Origin: Salpingoeca rosetta
Lineage: Eukaryota > Protista > Choanoflagellata
DNA: 64,000 bases
Direction: 5' to 3'
NCBI GenBank assembly: GCA_033442325.1
Contig: JAWQFM010000006.1
Span: 1,806,873 to 1,870,872, forward strand
Below are positions 13,824-27,215 of this stretch, one piece after another; positions within the stretch are counted from its first letter, which is position 1; each line of letters starts with the position of its first letter. Both the position numbers and the translations under genes were made by a program. The notes below the pieces were generated by a model. The model saw nothing but the letters and a program-made list of their open reading frames with translations. It did not search any database and was not told where the DNA came from.

Positions 13824-16800
13824 AAGTAGTTGTGAGTGCATGAGTCGTGCATATGAGCGTATGCGTTGTGTGTGTGTTGTGTGTACATGTGTATGTTAAT
13901 GGCTCAGGCATGGATCGCATTGGCGCACCACCAAAGCAAGCAAACGCACACACACACGCACGCATACACATCAGCACATCAACGCATCAGCTTCCCCCCC
14001 CCTTCTCCCTCCAACGTACTCAGGTGTGCAAATGCTCCAATTCGGCCCTCGCGTCCGGAGAAATCGTCCACAGGCGCCGGCATGGACAACGGCGACGAAG
14101 CGCTCTCCTGCGACATGAACCGCAACATTGGGGTACACATAGGCGTCAAGCGGCAAGTTGTATGTACGTGCGTGTGAATGTGTGTGTGCGTGTGAATGTG
14201 TGTGCGCGCGATACACAAAAGATTGGCTTGGTCTGTGGCTGAGGTATGGAACGCGACTCATGCATGGTTTGCGTGCAACCACAACCACGTCGTTCTTCTA
14301 CCCCTCGCACCGACTGCGTGTCACTCATCCAAAACAGACAGCGCAAACAGCAAGAAGAAGCGATTTGTACCTGCTGCGCGTGGTGCCGATGAGTGAAGCT
14401 GGCCGAGCTGATGTCAACCTCCGTCGCCGTGCGCGGACGGGGCGACGTTGTCGCTGCTGTTGACGACACAGATCCACTCACCACCGACCCATGCGAGGCC
14501 GAGACAGTTGTGCGCCGGCGCTCCGGGCGTGCGTCCTTTGCGTTTGGCGCCCGGTTCTCCACCACATGCACGCAGATGTTGAGGATGCGCATGACGTGTG
14601 CCACGAGATCGTGGAAGTGCGGCTCCATAAACGAGCGGTCGGCACGGCGCACAATCGTCGCCACCAGCGCCATAATGTCCACGTGCATGGCTGTGTCGGT
14701 CAGCACGGTGGAGAGGGTGAGGTGGTCCAGTGCAAGCGGCAAAATGTCGCCGACGTACACCGCCGGGTTGCCTGGGCTGTCCGATGCGGGTGTGTAGCGC
14801 ACCTCCATCGGCAGCTCGGTCGTCGATGTGAGCGTGTGCAGGGCGTGGTAGCACCCGGCAAGCGCAAACTTGGACTGCGCCGTACGCAGCTGCTGCACAA
14901 GCATGTCGATGATGCGTGACAGGTTGGCCCGCGGCACGTCAAGGTGCGTCTCTCTGTTGAAGTTTCCCTCACCGTCGCCAAACCACGAGATGGACGTGGC
15001 GACGCCGGCCAGGTAGGTGGCGCGTCGCTCCACCACGGCAGCAAGGGCATCCTGGCCTGGCCAGTCCTCCTCAAAGAACAGCAGCGCCGTTAAACGCACA
15101 AAAGCGTGGGCAGCCTTGGCGCGAACGCGCTGGTCCTCGTCGCCCAGCAGCTGCATGAGCGTGTCGATGGCCATGGGCTGCACGCGGCTGTTGAAGCTGC
15201 TGAGCGGGCGGTTGCGGTGCGGGAAGGAGAGCGTTGTCGTCGGCAGGTGGTCCAGGATGTGGCGTGGCACGCGCTTCTCTTGCTCCAGATAGTGCACCAG
15301 CACATAGTCAATCTCGCCAATCATGTCGGCAAGGTCCACCTTCAACAGCCAGTAGGAGCTGAAGCGGAGCGCCAGCATGTACTGGAGCATCTCAACCCCG
15401 AGCGCGCCCAGCGTGCTGCGAAGCATCGACGGCACGCAGTCCCGCAGCCCAAGCATCACGCTGCGCACAACGGTGGAGATGGGGTCGTTCAGACCCTCCA
15501 CCAGCCGGGCGCACAGCGTGGACAGCGCGTAGTGTCCGTCGCACTCGTCGTAGGGGAAGGGGGATTCGCCCGTTGGTGCGGGCACAAAGTCAAACACATA
15601 GTGCTTGCGCGCCAGGGAGGCCTGGAGGCGATGTGGGTGATGATGGTGGCGGCGGCGGTGGTGGTGGTGGTGGTGGTGGGAGCACAGTAACGCCGACAGA
15701 CATAACAAAGAGGGAAGTTGCACGTGAGTGTCGTCGGTAAGGTGTTGCAATGTGTGGTTGGGGAGAGCAGGTTGCATGAGTCAGACAGGTGGAGTAAGAC
15801 AGACAGGTATGATCATGTGTGTGTGATGCATGGATGTGATGCGTGCACGTGCTGCTATGTGGCGATACACCCAAGCTTGACGGTTCTGTGTCGGGAGCAT
15901 TGGTACCTTGAGCAGGACGGAGATGGCCGTGTAGCAGTTGCCGCGCAACAACGGATCGTCGTGGAATTGGAATCGCACCAACAGCTCTGCAAGCGGCACT
16001 TTCGCTTCCTCCGCATCGCCACCTCCTACTTCTCCTGTTGCTGCAGTTGTTGCTGTCGCTGATGGTGATGCTGACGTGCCGGATGCGGACGGTTTCTTTG
16101 CGGGTTTGGGCGCGTTCTCAACCACCAGTGCACGAAAGAAGCTGCACGCACATGACAAGGGGTGACGATGTTGTGAATGAGTGAATGAGTGTTTGAGTGT
16201 GAATGCGTGTATGTAGGGTGGGGTGGGGTGTGGAGGTGTCAGAGCGCATGAGTGTGAATGTGTAGGTGTGCGCGGGCGCATGCGCTGCTGCTCGCAAACA
16301 TACAACAGCACACATGCACGAACACATGTGCACATGCAAGGTTGAAGTGGCACCTTGGCTCGAAGGTCAGCATCTGCCCGAGACAGGAGATGGCCAGGGC
16401 GGTGACGCTGTCGTTGATGTTGTCAAACCAGGTGATGTGCAGGGTGAGAAGTACAGCACGCTTGGTTCAGCGCATCAGACACAATGGGCACCTTGAGCAA
16501 AACAGGTGGATAAGTCACAACATCCAACTTATTGTACACGCACATTCACACATTCACACATTCACATGCACGAACGCACATTCACACATACACATATTCA
16601 CATGCACACACACACATTCACACATTCAAGCGTGCAGGCCAACATCACAACAGTCAGATTGGCCAAACCTCCTCACCTGACACGGTGCTTTGCTCCCTTT
16701 TGCAGGAATGAAGACAGTTTCTGCAACAGCGGGACGGAGCGCTCTGGATTGCGATACCACGACAGCAGCTCACGACGAAGCACAGACAGCAGCTGTGGGG

Positions 16801-17776
16801 GGAGCGGTGTGTGTGTATGTGTGTAAGAGGAAGGGGGGAGTGATTGTGTATGTGAGGAATAGGGTGCGCGCGCGTGTGCATGCAGTGTATGCTCATATCA
16901 TGGCACAGTGAGCAAGAGCGCAACAACAAGCGTTCTGTCAGGCAAGGCATGCGCCAATGCGCGCGCGTGCGTTGCACACCTGCTGCAGCGTTTCTAGGGC
17001 GGACGTGACGACGTTGTGGTTCTTTCCGTCGAGACAGCTGAACAACAACTCAAACAATCGCTCGAGCAGCGGCTCATCCAACAGCTGATGGAGTTGCACG
17101 TGTGTGTGTGTGTGTGTGTGTGTTTCGTGTGAGTGTGTGTGTGTTTCGTGTGAGTGTGAGCGTGAGCTGGTGAGGTGGTGAGATTGGAATCCAGCTCTCG
17201 GAAAGGAAGACATAACGCGAACGCAAGTGTGAATATGTGCATCACTAGCACCAACGCACGTGCTCCGTCGACCCCCATTCCTTGGAGACTTGCTGGTGTG
17301 TGATCATCACTTTGCGAAACGCAAGCAGCTTGCCCAGCGTTGCGTGGTCTGTGAAACAATACGCACAAAACACACATGCAAGCAAAACGCAAGCACACAC
17401 ACGCGCGCGCAAGCAAGCAAGGGCGAGTGAATACTTGCTGCTGCCATTTTCCACATGGGATAAGGGGCGGGATATGTGCGCAATGATTACAGTTCCTCCC
17501 TGCTGTCTGGCCCACCTTTCATCTTGTCGTCTGCATCGGCGTCGTCTTGGAAGAGAGAAAACAAACTGTTGGTCAATTGCTGCATGTGTGTAGTGTGCGT
17601 GGATTGAGTGTGTATGTGTGTTATGAGCGAGAGGAAGGGACAAAGGAGCACAAAGGAGCACAAAGTAAGCGAGTTTAACTCGTCACAATGACAACAGCAG
17701 ACGCAGCGCAACAGCGCAAACGATGCGAGGTCTCTCTCACCACTACAATGATGATGATCATCATCATCACCATCCA

Positions 17777-17858
<82 letters not shown>

Positions 17859-18462
17859 CCAGAAGCACCACCAGCAGCAACACCACCGCTAGCAGCACCA
17901 CGTGGCAAGACCTGGATGTGGTGCAGAGGCGTGCGGGAGTTTCTGCAGATGGCGATGGCGGCGTCAGAGGCGGCCCGGCGAATGGTCGGACTTGGCGACT
18001 TCATGTTCTTGAGCAGCGCGCGCAGCAGCTTGCTGATGTCCACGTCTTGCACAAACAGACCCAGCGCCTCGAAGATCTTGCTCATGCACACTGCAGCGGT
18101 CTCCTGCAGCAGGCCGCGCAGGGGTATTGTGTGAACGTGCGTGCGTGCGTGTGTGTGTGAATTGATGTGCGCGTATATGTGTGTGTGTGAATTGATGTGC
18201 GCGTATGTGTGTAGCGTGAGAGAGTGAGAGTGTGTGTGTGTGTGTGAAAAATGGGTGTGCAATACCGTGTCCTGTATTCTCGAACGCTTGTGGATATACC
18301 TGCGTGATCAAGCAAACAACACCCCTTTCCTCTGCACATGTGCACGTGTGCGTGCGGTACCTGCACGGATTCGTTGTCTTGGGCCAAGATGCGCTCGAGG
18401 TTTGGCACAAAGGTGTTGACAAACGCCTCTCGTTTCGTTGGCTGTTACCGAACATATCAGAG

Positions 18463-18535
<73 letters not shown>

Positions 18536-19002
18536 GTCGNNNNNNNNNNNNNNNNNNNNNNNNNNNNNNNNNNNNNNNNNNNNNNNNNNNNNNNNNNNNN
18601 NNNNNNNNNNNNNNNNNNNNNNNNNNNNNNNNNNNNNNNNNNNNNNNNNNNNNNNNNNNNNNNNNNNNNNNNNNNNNNNNNNNNNNNNNNNNNNNNNNNN
18701 NNNNNNNNNNNNNNNNNNNNNNNNNNNNNNNNNNNNNNNNNNNNNNNNNNNNNNNNNNNTCAGCAAGCTGGAGATCATGTGCCCTATGTTATACTGCTGG
18801 TCACAAGAAACCCCCCAACTGTTCTTAGAACCCAGTTGGGGATAAATACCTCTAAAGTCGGATCATCATCGCTGATTCATGTAGCATAAAGCATTTTTCC
18901 CTCATGGTTCTTCTGATGCTTTCATACCCCACAGCTGATTTTAATTTAGCCGTATCGTCTCCTATATTCTGGAACGACGTCCGTACGTACGTAGTACGTA
19001 CG

Positions 19003-19073
<71 letters not shown>

Positions 19074-20285
19074 CGTGTGCATGTGAGTGCATACACACAC
19101 ACACACAGAGCCAGATGCAACAATCTGCAAGCTGGCGGGGCTGTTGCACAAAAGCAAAATGGGTCACACCTTGACGAGGTGGGCCAGCTCAGCAAACTTG
19201 TTGAGGGCCGTCCGAAGCGACTTCGGTGCCACGCCTTCCTTCTGCGCACGTGGCAACCAGCAGGGAAATGGAACGAGATGAGCGGACAGTGAGATGCGGG
19301 AGACGGCGTTTAGAGCGAAGGTTGTGTTTTGGCACGTGTGCCTTTCCAATCGGTGATTCGGTCAGGCCAACAAACGGGAGAGCCGGAGAACACAGGCGGC
19401 ACGACAAAGCATGGGCCAGCTTCCAAACCTTCTTGATGACTTTGAGGAGGGCCACTTGTAGGATGGGAAGATGAGCTTCCATCAGATTCTGTACAGCAGA
19501 CACGAGAGAGACAAAGAAATGCACACACACACACGCACACAGCCAGAAACGCGTGTCAGCACATGAACAGCACCACACGATCTCTCGCTGCGTTAATGTA
19601 CAAGGCGTGCTTACCCCAGCGCAGCATGGCGTTGGTGCTTGCGCATGTACCCGAAGCATACATATGCGCGCACGTGACCACGCACACAGAGTACTGATAC
19701 ACACACACACACGCACATACGCACACACACACGCACATACGCACACACACACGCACATACGCACACACACACACACGCACACGCACACACACGCACACAC
19801 GCACACATACACATACATGCACCCAGCGACAGACGCACACAACCGCAGCGGACACAGGCGAGAAACGGGAATGAAAAAGGGGTGGCAGACCTTGATCGTG
19901 CGATTGAGACACTCGTCTGCTTGCAGACGGACATCGGAGTCAACATCCGCACATGCAATGAGCAAGCCTTCGATGGTCAGCTGCAACAAGCGTTTGAAGT
20001 CCTCGCCAGCTCTGCAGCAGGACACATGGTGTACACAGTGCAGCGCAAGACAACATGAGTCAGCCAGTATTTGACAACCTCGCGGACACAAGACATTGGG
20101 AAAGCATTTTAGAGCATCCAAAGCATCTCGCGGTAGAAGGCGTACTTGTTCTGTCGAGAGCACACGGCGTCAGACAAGCTGGTGCATGCCGCCATGCGCT
20201 CCGATTTCTTCGCTGGCGTGTCATGATTGGACGACTTTGGCGCAGTCTCCAGCAGCGTGTACAGCTTCCGCATGCGCTCGCTCAT
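3335..20285 (-). CDS. HTT: Huntingtin orthologue (HEAT-repeat scaffold), about 35 exons
   Basis: Start gccATG at 20285. Joined exons give [134 protein letters not shown] and [10 protein letters not shown]. These are colinear with human HTT from N- to C-terminus. All junctions read as GT..AG except one ambiguous acceptor near 16429. Stop TAG at 3335. Confidence 0.95.
9901..9972. repeat. (ATC)n/(GAT)n microsatellite inside an HTT intron; similar tracts at about 17777-17857 and 35548-35701
   Basis: Direct reading. It lies just after the donor GACGAAG|gtagac on the minus strand, so the poly-Asp in the ORF track is not coding. Confidence 0.9.
18540..18759. other. Assembly gap (220 N) inside an HTT intron
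   Basis: N run. Flanking exons ...AHLVK|PTKREAF... align contiguously with human HLVRPQKC, so no coding exon appears lost. Confidence 0.95.
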
Positions 20286-20549
20286 GGCTAGTGCTTGTAA
20301 GCTGCAGGTTCACCCACCACGAGACAAACAATGATCTACCCCTGTCACACTCTCAGCTGGCAACAAGGGCCACGGTGTTGACGCGACGGCAACCCAACTA
20401 AGTCCGCCGCCACACTACAACGGCCTGAGTGATGCGCTGTGCTGTTGTGGTGTGGGGGAGGGAAGGGAGAGCAACAACAGCAGCAGACAAATCGACTGGA
20501 TATGGCCATGCGACAGCATAAATTGGAACCCAAATAAACCACTGACGTG

Positions 20550-22366
<1,817 letters not shown>

Positions 22367-22930
22367 CCGCAAGCAATGAACCAAGACTGCATGCAAGAAT
22401 CCTTGCATCTCCTCGTTACCTTTGCACCACGAGCATTGTGTACCATCTTTGTTTCGCGCCGTTGCTTTCCATTCTGAATGACACTCCGACTCCTCTCTGT
22501 GTGTGTGTGTGTTGATGATCAACATCCATGACCGCCATGAGGCTTTTCTTCTTTCTCGATGCTCCAGTGCGCAGTTGTTATTTCGCGCAAGCAGCTCTGA
22601 TGATGTGGTGTTGCATGTTCTATGCGGTGTGAATGAATCACAGACATGCACTGACACAAGAAAGCAATCACCTCCCCAGGAGTGATGTGCCAACGAAATC
22701 GTGGTGGTAATGGATGCGAGGGCGTGGGGGAAAGCAAACTTGGGGAGAAAGGGTCAAGACGGCTTAGTGAAATGGAAATCCCCAAGAAGACGAAGAAGTG
22801 AACAAAAGAGAGGAGCGGCTTAAAACTGCCATCATGGCAGCTGACATGCACGACCAGCCAGCTTACAAGTGCATTGCGGGTATGAAACGTAACACGCGCC
22901 ACGAGCCACGCCACCACACCACCACCCCTT

Positions 22931-24218
22931 TCAGATAAACTCGTTTGAGGGCGCGACAGCGATGTTGGGGATGGAAGGTGCTCGCGTCTGGATGCGTGGC
23001 GTGGCAAACGGATGCTTCAGGCACGTGCGCGTCTCCGCGTACAGCGACAGCTGTCGACTGCCACTCTCAATGACCTTGTTTGTGACCAGGCTCGCATACA
23101 GCTGCTCCACGGTGAGCCGTGGCAGTAGCATGCCCTCGTGCATGTCGTCGAGATAGAAGCGGTAGTCCGAGTCGGCGTTGTCGCGCGTGCCTTCCGGGTG
23201 AATTTCCAGCATGAGCTCGCCCAGCGTCATGGACGACGGCACATACGGCAGCTTGATGTCAATGTCACTGCCGTGCACCACGACCTCAAACATGGTGTCG
23301 GGCTTGGGTGGGGGTGGGAGCTGACGCGCCTGTGGCGCTGGCGATGCCGGCACTGGCTGCTGCTGATGCTGCGGCTGTGGCATGACTGTACACAAGAATG
23401 ACAAGAATGACAAGAACAAAGGGTCACGGCGTATGCAGCATGAGATGACGAGTACGATAGGATTGGGGCAACACGACCAGGGCCCACGATGCAAACTTGC
23501 GTTGCACCTCGCACCCCCTTCACTTACAAGTACACTGAACAGCATTTCATACGCACACACGCACGCATACACACCAGTTCATGCATTGGCTTTGACTTAC
23601 AGCCGTACGACGCTGGGCTGCGCGGGTCAGACCCGGCGTGTCCAAAAGCAATGCGCGGCGTCTGCGCTTCGCTCTCATAGTCGCTGGCATCTGGTGGTGC
23701 AAGCTGCATGCTCGAGCCAGCGCGGCCAAGCACAAAGAACGTCTTCATCTCGCCCTTGCCCTTCACGGGCACCGTGCCGCGTTTCAGAATGTTCCAATCA
23801 TCCTTGTTGGGCAGCGCCTTGATGAACGCATAGCTCACCTTGATTTGTATAGTTACGTGTGTGTGTGTCATGTGCGTGCGCCAGTGTGTGTGTGTGTGTG
23901 TGTGCATATGCAGGAGTGAGTGCGTGTGCGTGTGTGTGTGTGTTTGTGTGTGGGAGTGGGGAACGACACACCAGCGAGCCATTATGTACGCATTGGTATG
24001 ATGCGCAACACATCTCACCTGCACGGCACCGCCAACGCCAGTCGACTCCATGCGTGATGCCACGTTCACCGTGTCGCCAAACAGGCAGTAGCGCGGGCGC
24101 TCGCGGCCAACTGAACACATGGATGTTTCGTGGGCACGTGAGGTTGAAACTCCCGAGCAAATCAGATGCATACATATACATACACACATACAACGTCTGC
24201 TCAACCACCATACACGCC

Positions 24219-24300
<82 letters not shown>

Positions 24301-27148
24301 CGAGCGCATCATCATGACCACCACTACCAACACCAACACCACCAACACCAAACATCATCATCATCACCACCAAACATCACCAACACTACCCTCATCCTGA
24401 TTGTCACCACCATCCAACGCACCGACTCCTGCCATGATGCGGCCGCTGTGCATGCCGACGCGAATGTTGATTGGCTCGCCGTCCATGGGACTGATGACCG
24501 TCTCAGCGGCTGCCACCATCTCCACAGCAAAGGCAGCAATCACGTCTGCGTGGCGTGGGTCTGCCTTGGGCAGGCCTGACGCAACCTACGGTGGGCATTG
24601 GTTGAAGGCACAAGCAGCGCGGATGCATGGATGCGGTGTGAGTTAGGGTCATGTACAAGACAGCAGCTACGACAGGTTTAGAGCCACGTCACGGCAAGTC
24701 CACGCATCGTGCATGCCCGCACCACACCCAGTGAACAACACACACACACACATATCACAAAAGCTGACGCCCGCGCACCCTACACAGTAGACAATCACAC
24801 AACCCGCACACACACACACACACATGCGCACACCATGTATGCGTCGCCGATGGTTTCGACTTTGTACACGCCGTGCTTGGTGCACAGGGCATCAAACTTG
24901 GAGAAGAGCTCGTTCAGCATGTCCATCACCTGGCAATGTAACGAATGTGCGAGCGCAACCGAGTTGGAGAGCGGTGGCGGAAGACAGTGTGAGCGAGATT
25001 CGGTGCAGCGGAGTGTACGGACATGGCGCAGCAAACTGTACCAGGGTCCCATGACACGCGAACAACTGAACGTCCACATGAACAAATGTCCACATGAACA
25101 AATGTCCACATGTGCATCTATCCACACACACACACACACATATATACAAACACACAAACACACGCACCCAAACATACAGTTACACGTCCATACCTCGCGC
25201 ACGGGGACGCTTGAGGAGATCTTGGTGAAGCTGACAATGTCCGAGAAGAGGATGCTGACGGCCTCGTAATGCTCGGGCTCGGGAATCTCGCCAGCCTTAA
25301 GCGCTTGTGCAACTTGCTGTGGAGGATCGGTGGAAGTGGTCGTGCCACGCACAGTGGTGAGTGTGGTGGGAGTCCACGCAGGAAATGAAGTGCACGCACT
25401 CGCGCGCACACATGCACACGCACACACACATGCACGCTCACGTATATGCACGCACGCTCACATACGCACACTCACACATGTATGCACGCACACGCACATA
25501 AAATTACACACACTCACATACACACGCACACACACATGCACGCTCACGCACACATTTGCACACTCACATACACACGCACACACTCATGCAATCGCCCCGC
25601 GACCCTCTCCAGCACACACACACACACACACACATACACGCATGTGACAGACCGTTGGGAGGATGCTGTGCAAGAGGCCGTCAACCCGCTCCTTCTCCTT
25701 GTCGAGATCCTCCATGGCCTTGTCGAGCGAAGCCGTCGTGTTTTGTAGCGTCTGCGCCATCAGCACCGTGGCAGACTGGTGCGCCGTGCTGATGACAAGC
25801 TCCCGCCCGTTGCTGTGGATGGGGATGTCTTCCAGACAGATGTCCAGCTTCTCCATCTCCTCCAGGCTGCTGATGGTTGGAATGCACAGGAACAGCATTG
25901 CGTCGTGCTCCGGGCTGAACACAAGCTCGCCCTTGAGAAACAGGCCGTCCTTGAGGATGGTGATGCCGGAAATCGGGTCCTTCCCGCCATCGTCAGGGAA
26001 CACCCCCGGAAGCGCCGTATCGTCGTTCACACCACTCCCCTGCGCGCTCTTGTTCTTGTTCGCCTCCGCTGTATCGCTGTTGCTGCTACTGCTGCTTGTG
26101 CTGCTGCTGCCGGCGGACGTGCTCTGCGAAACAGAGTTGCCCCTGCGCCGCCGCGTTTGATTCGGCTTTGGCGTCGTGGCGCTGCCGGTGGTGCGCGCAG
26201 CAGCAGCAGCAAAGGGGCACCCGGAGGGCGGGGCTGTGCTGGCGTCGCTGCCAGGTGGAACGGCACACGCTTGCACGAGAAGCGGGCTGTGGTCAAACGA
26301 CTCCAGCAGGCTGTCAAACCCAAGGCCGCGGATGTCTGGTCGCACCACGCGCATGAGGCGGAAGAAAGGCTGGCCAACACCACCGGCAGGCAGGCGCTCC
26401 TTCAGGCGGGGGCCGACGCTGGTGATGGTGAACGTGCGATCGAACGAGATATGCCAGGGGAACACCGAATCCACCATGGACGGCCCAAAAGTCAGCTGCC
26501 CGCTGATGGCGTGCGCCTTTTCCGAGTCAAAGTACTCCTTCTCTCCATAGCCCCTGTGGGTGACCGTGATATGTATGTGTGTGTGTGTGCATGTGGTTGA
26601 TACAGTTAGCGTGCGCAGCGGAAGTGTGTGATGTGTTACGTAATGTGTGTGACGCAATGTGTGTCGGTGTGTGTGTGTGTGTGTGTGCTCCAAGTTCGTG
26701 CATAGTAGGTGCAATATGACAGGCATCACGAGCAACAACGGAAACGTCATCTCGATTCGCAGACAACGACGATTGAATCAGCAAGCAGAGCGTGCAAGGG
26801 CATGGCCAGGCAAGGGCGCATGGGAGCATCTGTTTGCTGAACGTACTCTGGCCCCATGAAGATGTGGAACACGTCGTGGTCGTGGTCCTGGCCCTTCTTC
26901 TTCACGTGCTTGAGCTCAATGTCGAGGCTGTACACCTTCTTGGCAATGTCCTTGAGCAAGGCGATGGCATAGGGGTAGATGCCCATGCGCGACGAATAGT
27001 AGTGCAGCAAGAGTGAGCCATCCTTCTGCCTGTGCGGCTTGAAGGAAGGCCCCTTCATGGACGGGTACGCGTTCACGATGTTCAAGTGCATCGAGTCCAG
27101 ATGCAGCAGCAGCTCGTAGAAGTTGTCTCCAAGACTGTTTGTATGCGT

Positions 27149-27215
<67 letters not shown>

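Noticed and set aside
18540-18759. Missing HTT exon in the N gap
   Set aside because: The exons on either side are directly contiguous in alignment with human HTT.
22931-23572. Stand-alone 213-aa gene
   Set aside because: Its coding part is better explained as the in-frame terminal exon of the guanylyl cyclase; the upstream part is intron.
24166-24579. PolyQ/polyN/polyT ORFs that could be mistaken for a huntingtin-like tract
   Set aside because: This is a (CAA)n microsatellite in a guanylyl cyclase intron, on the non-coding strand.
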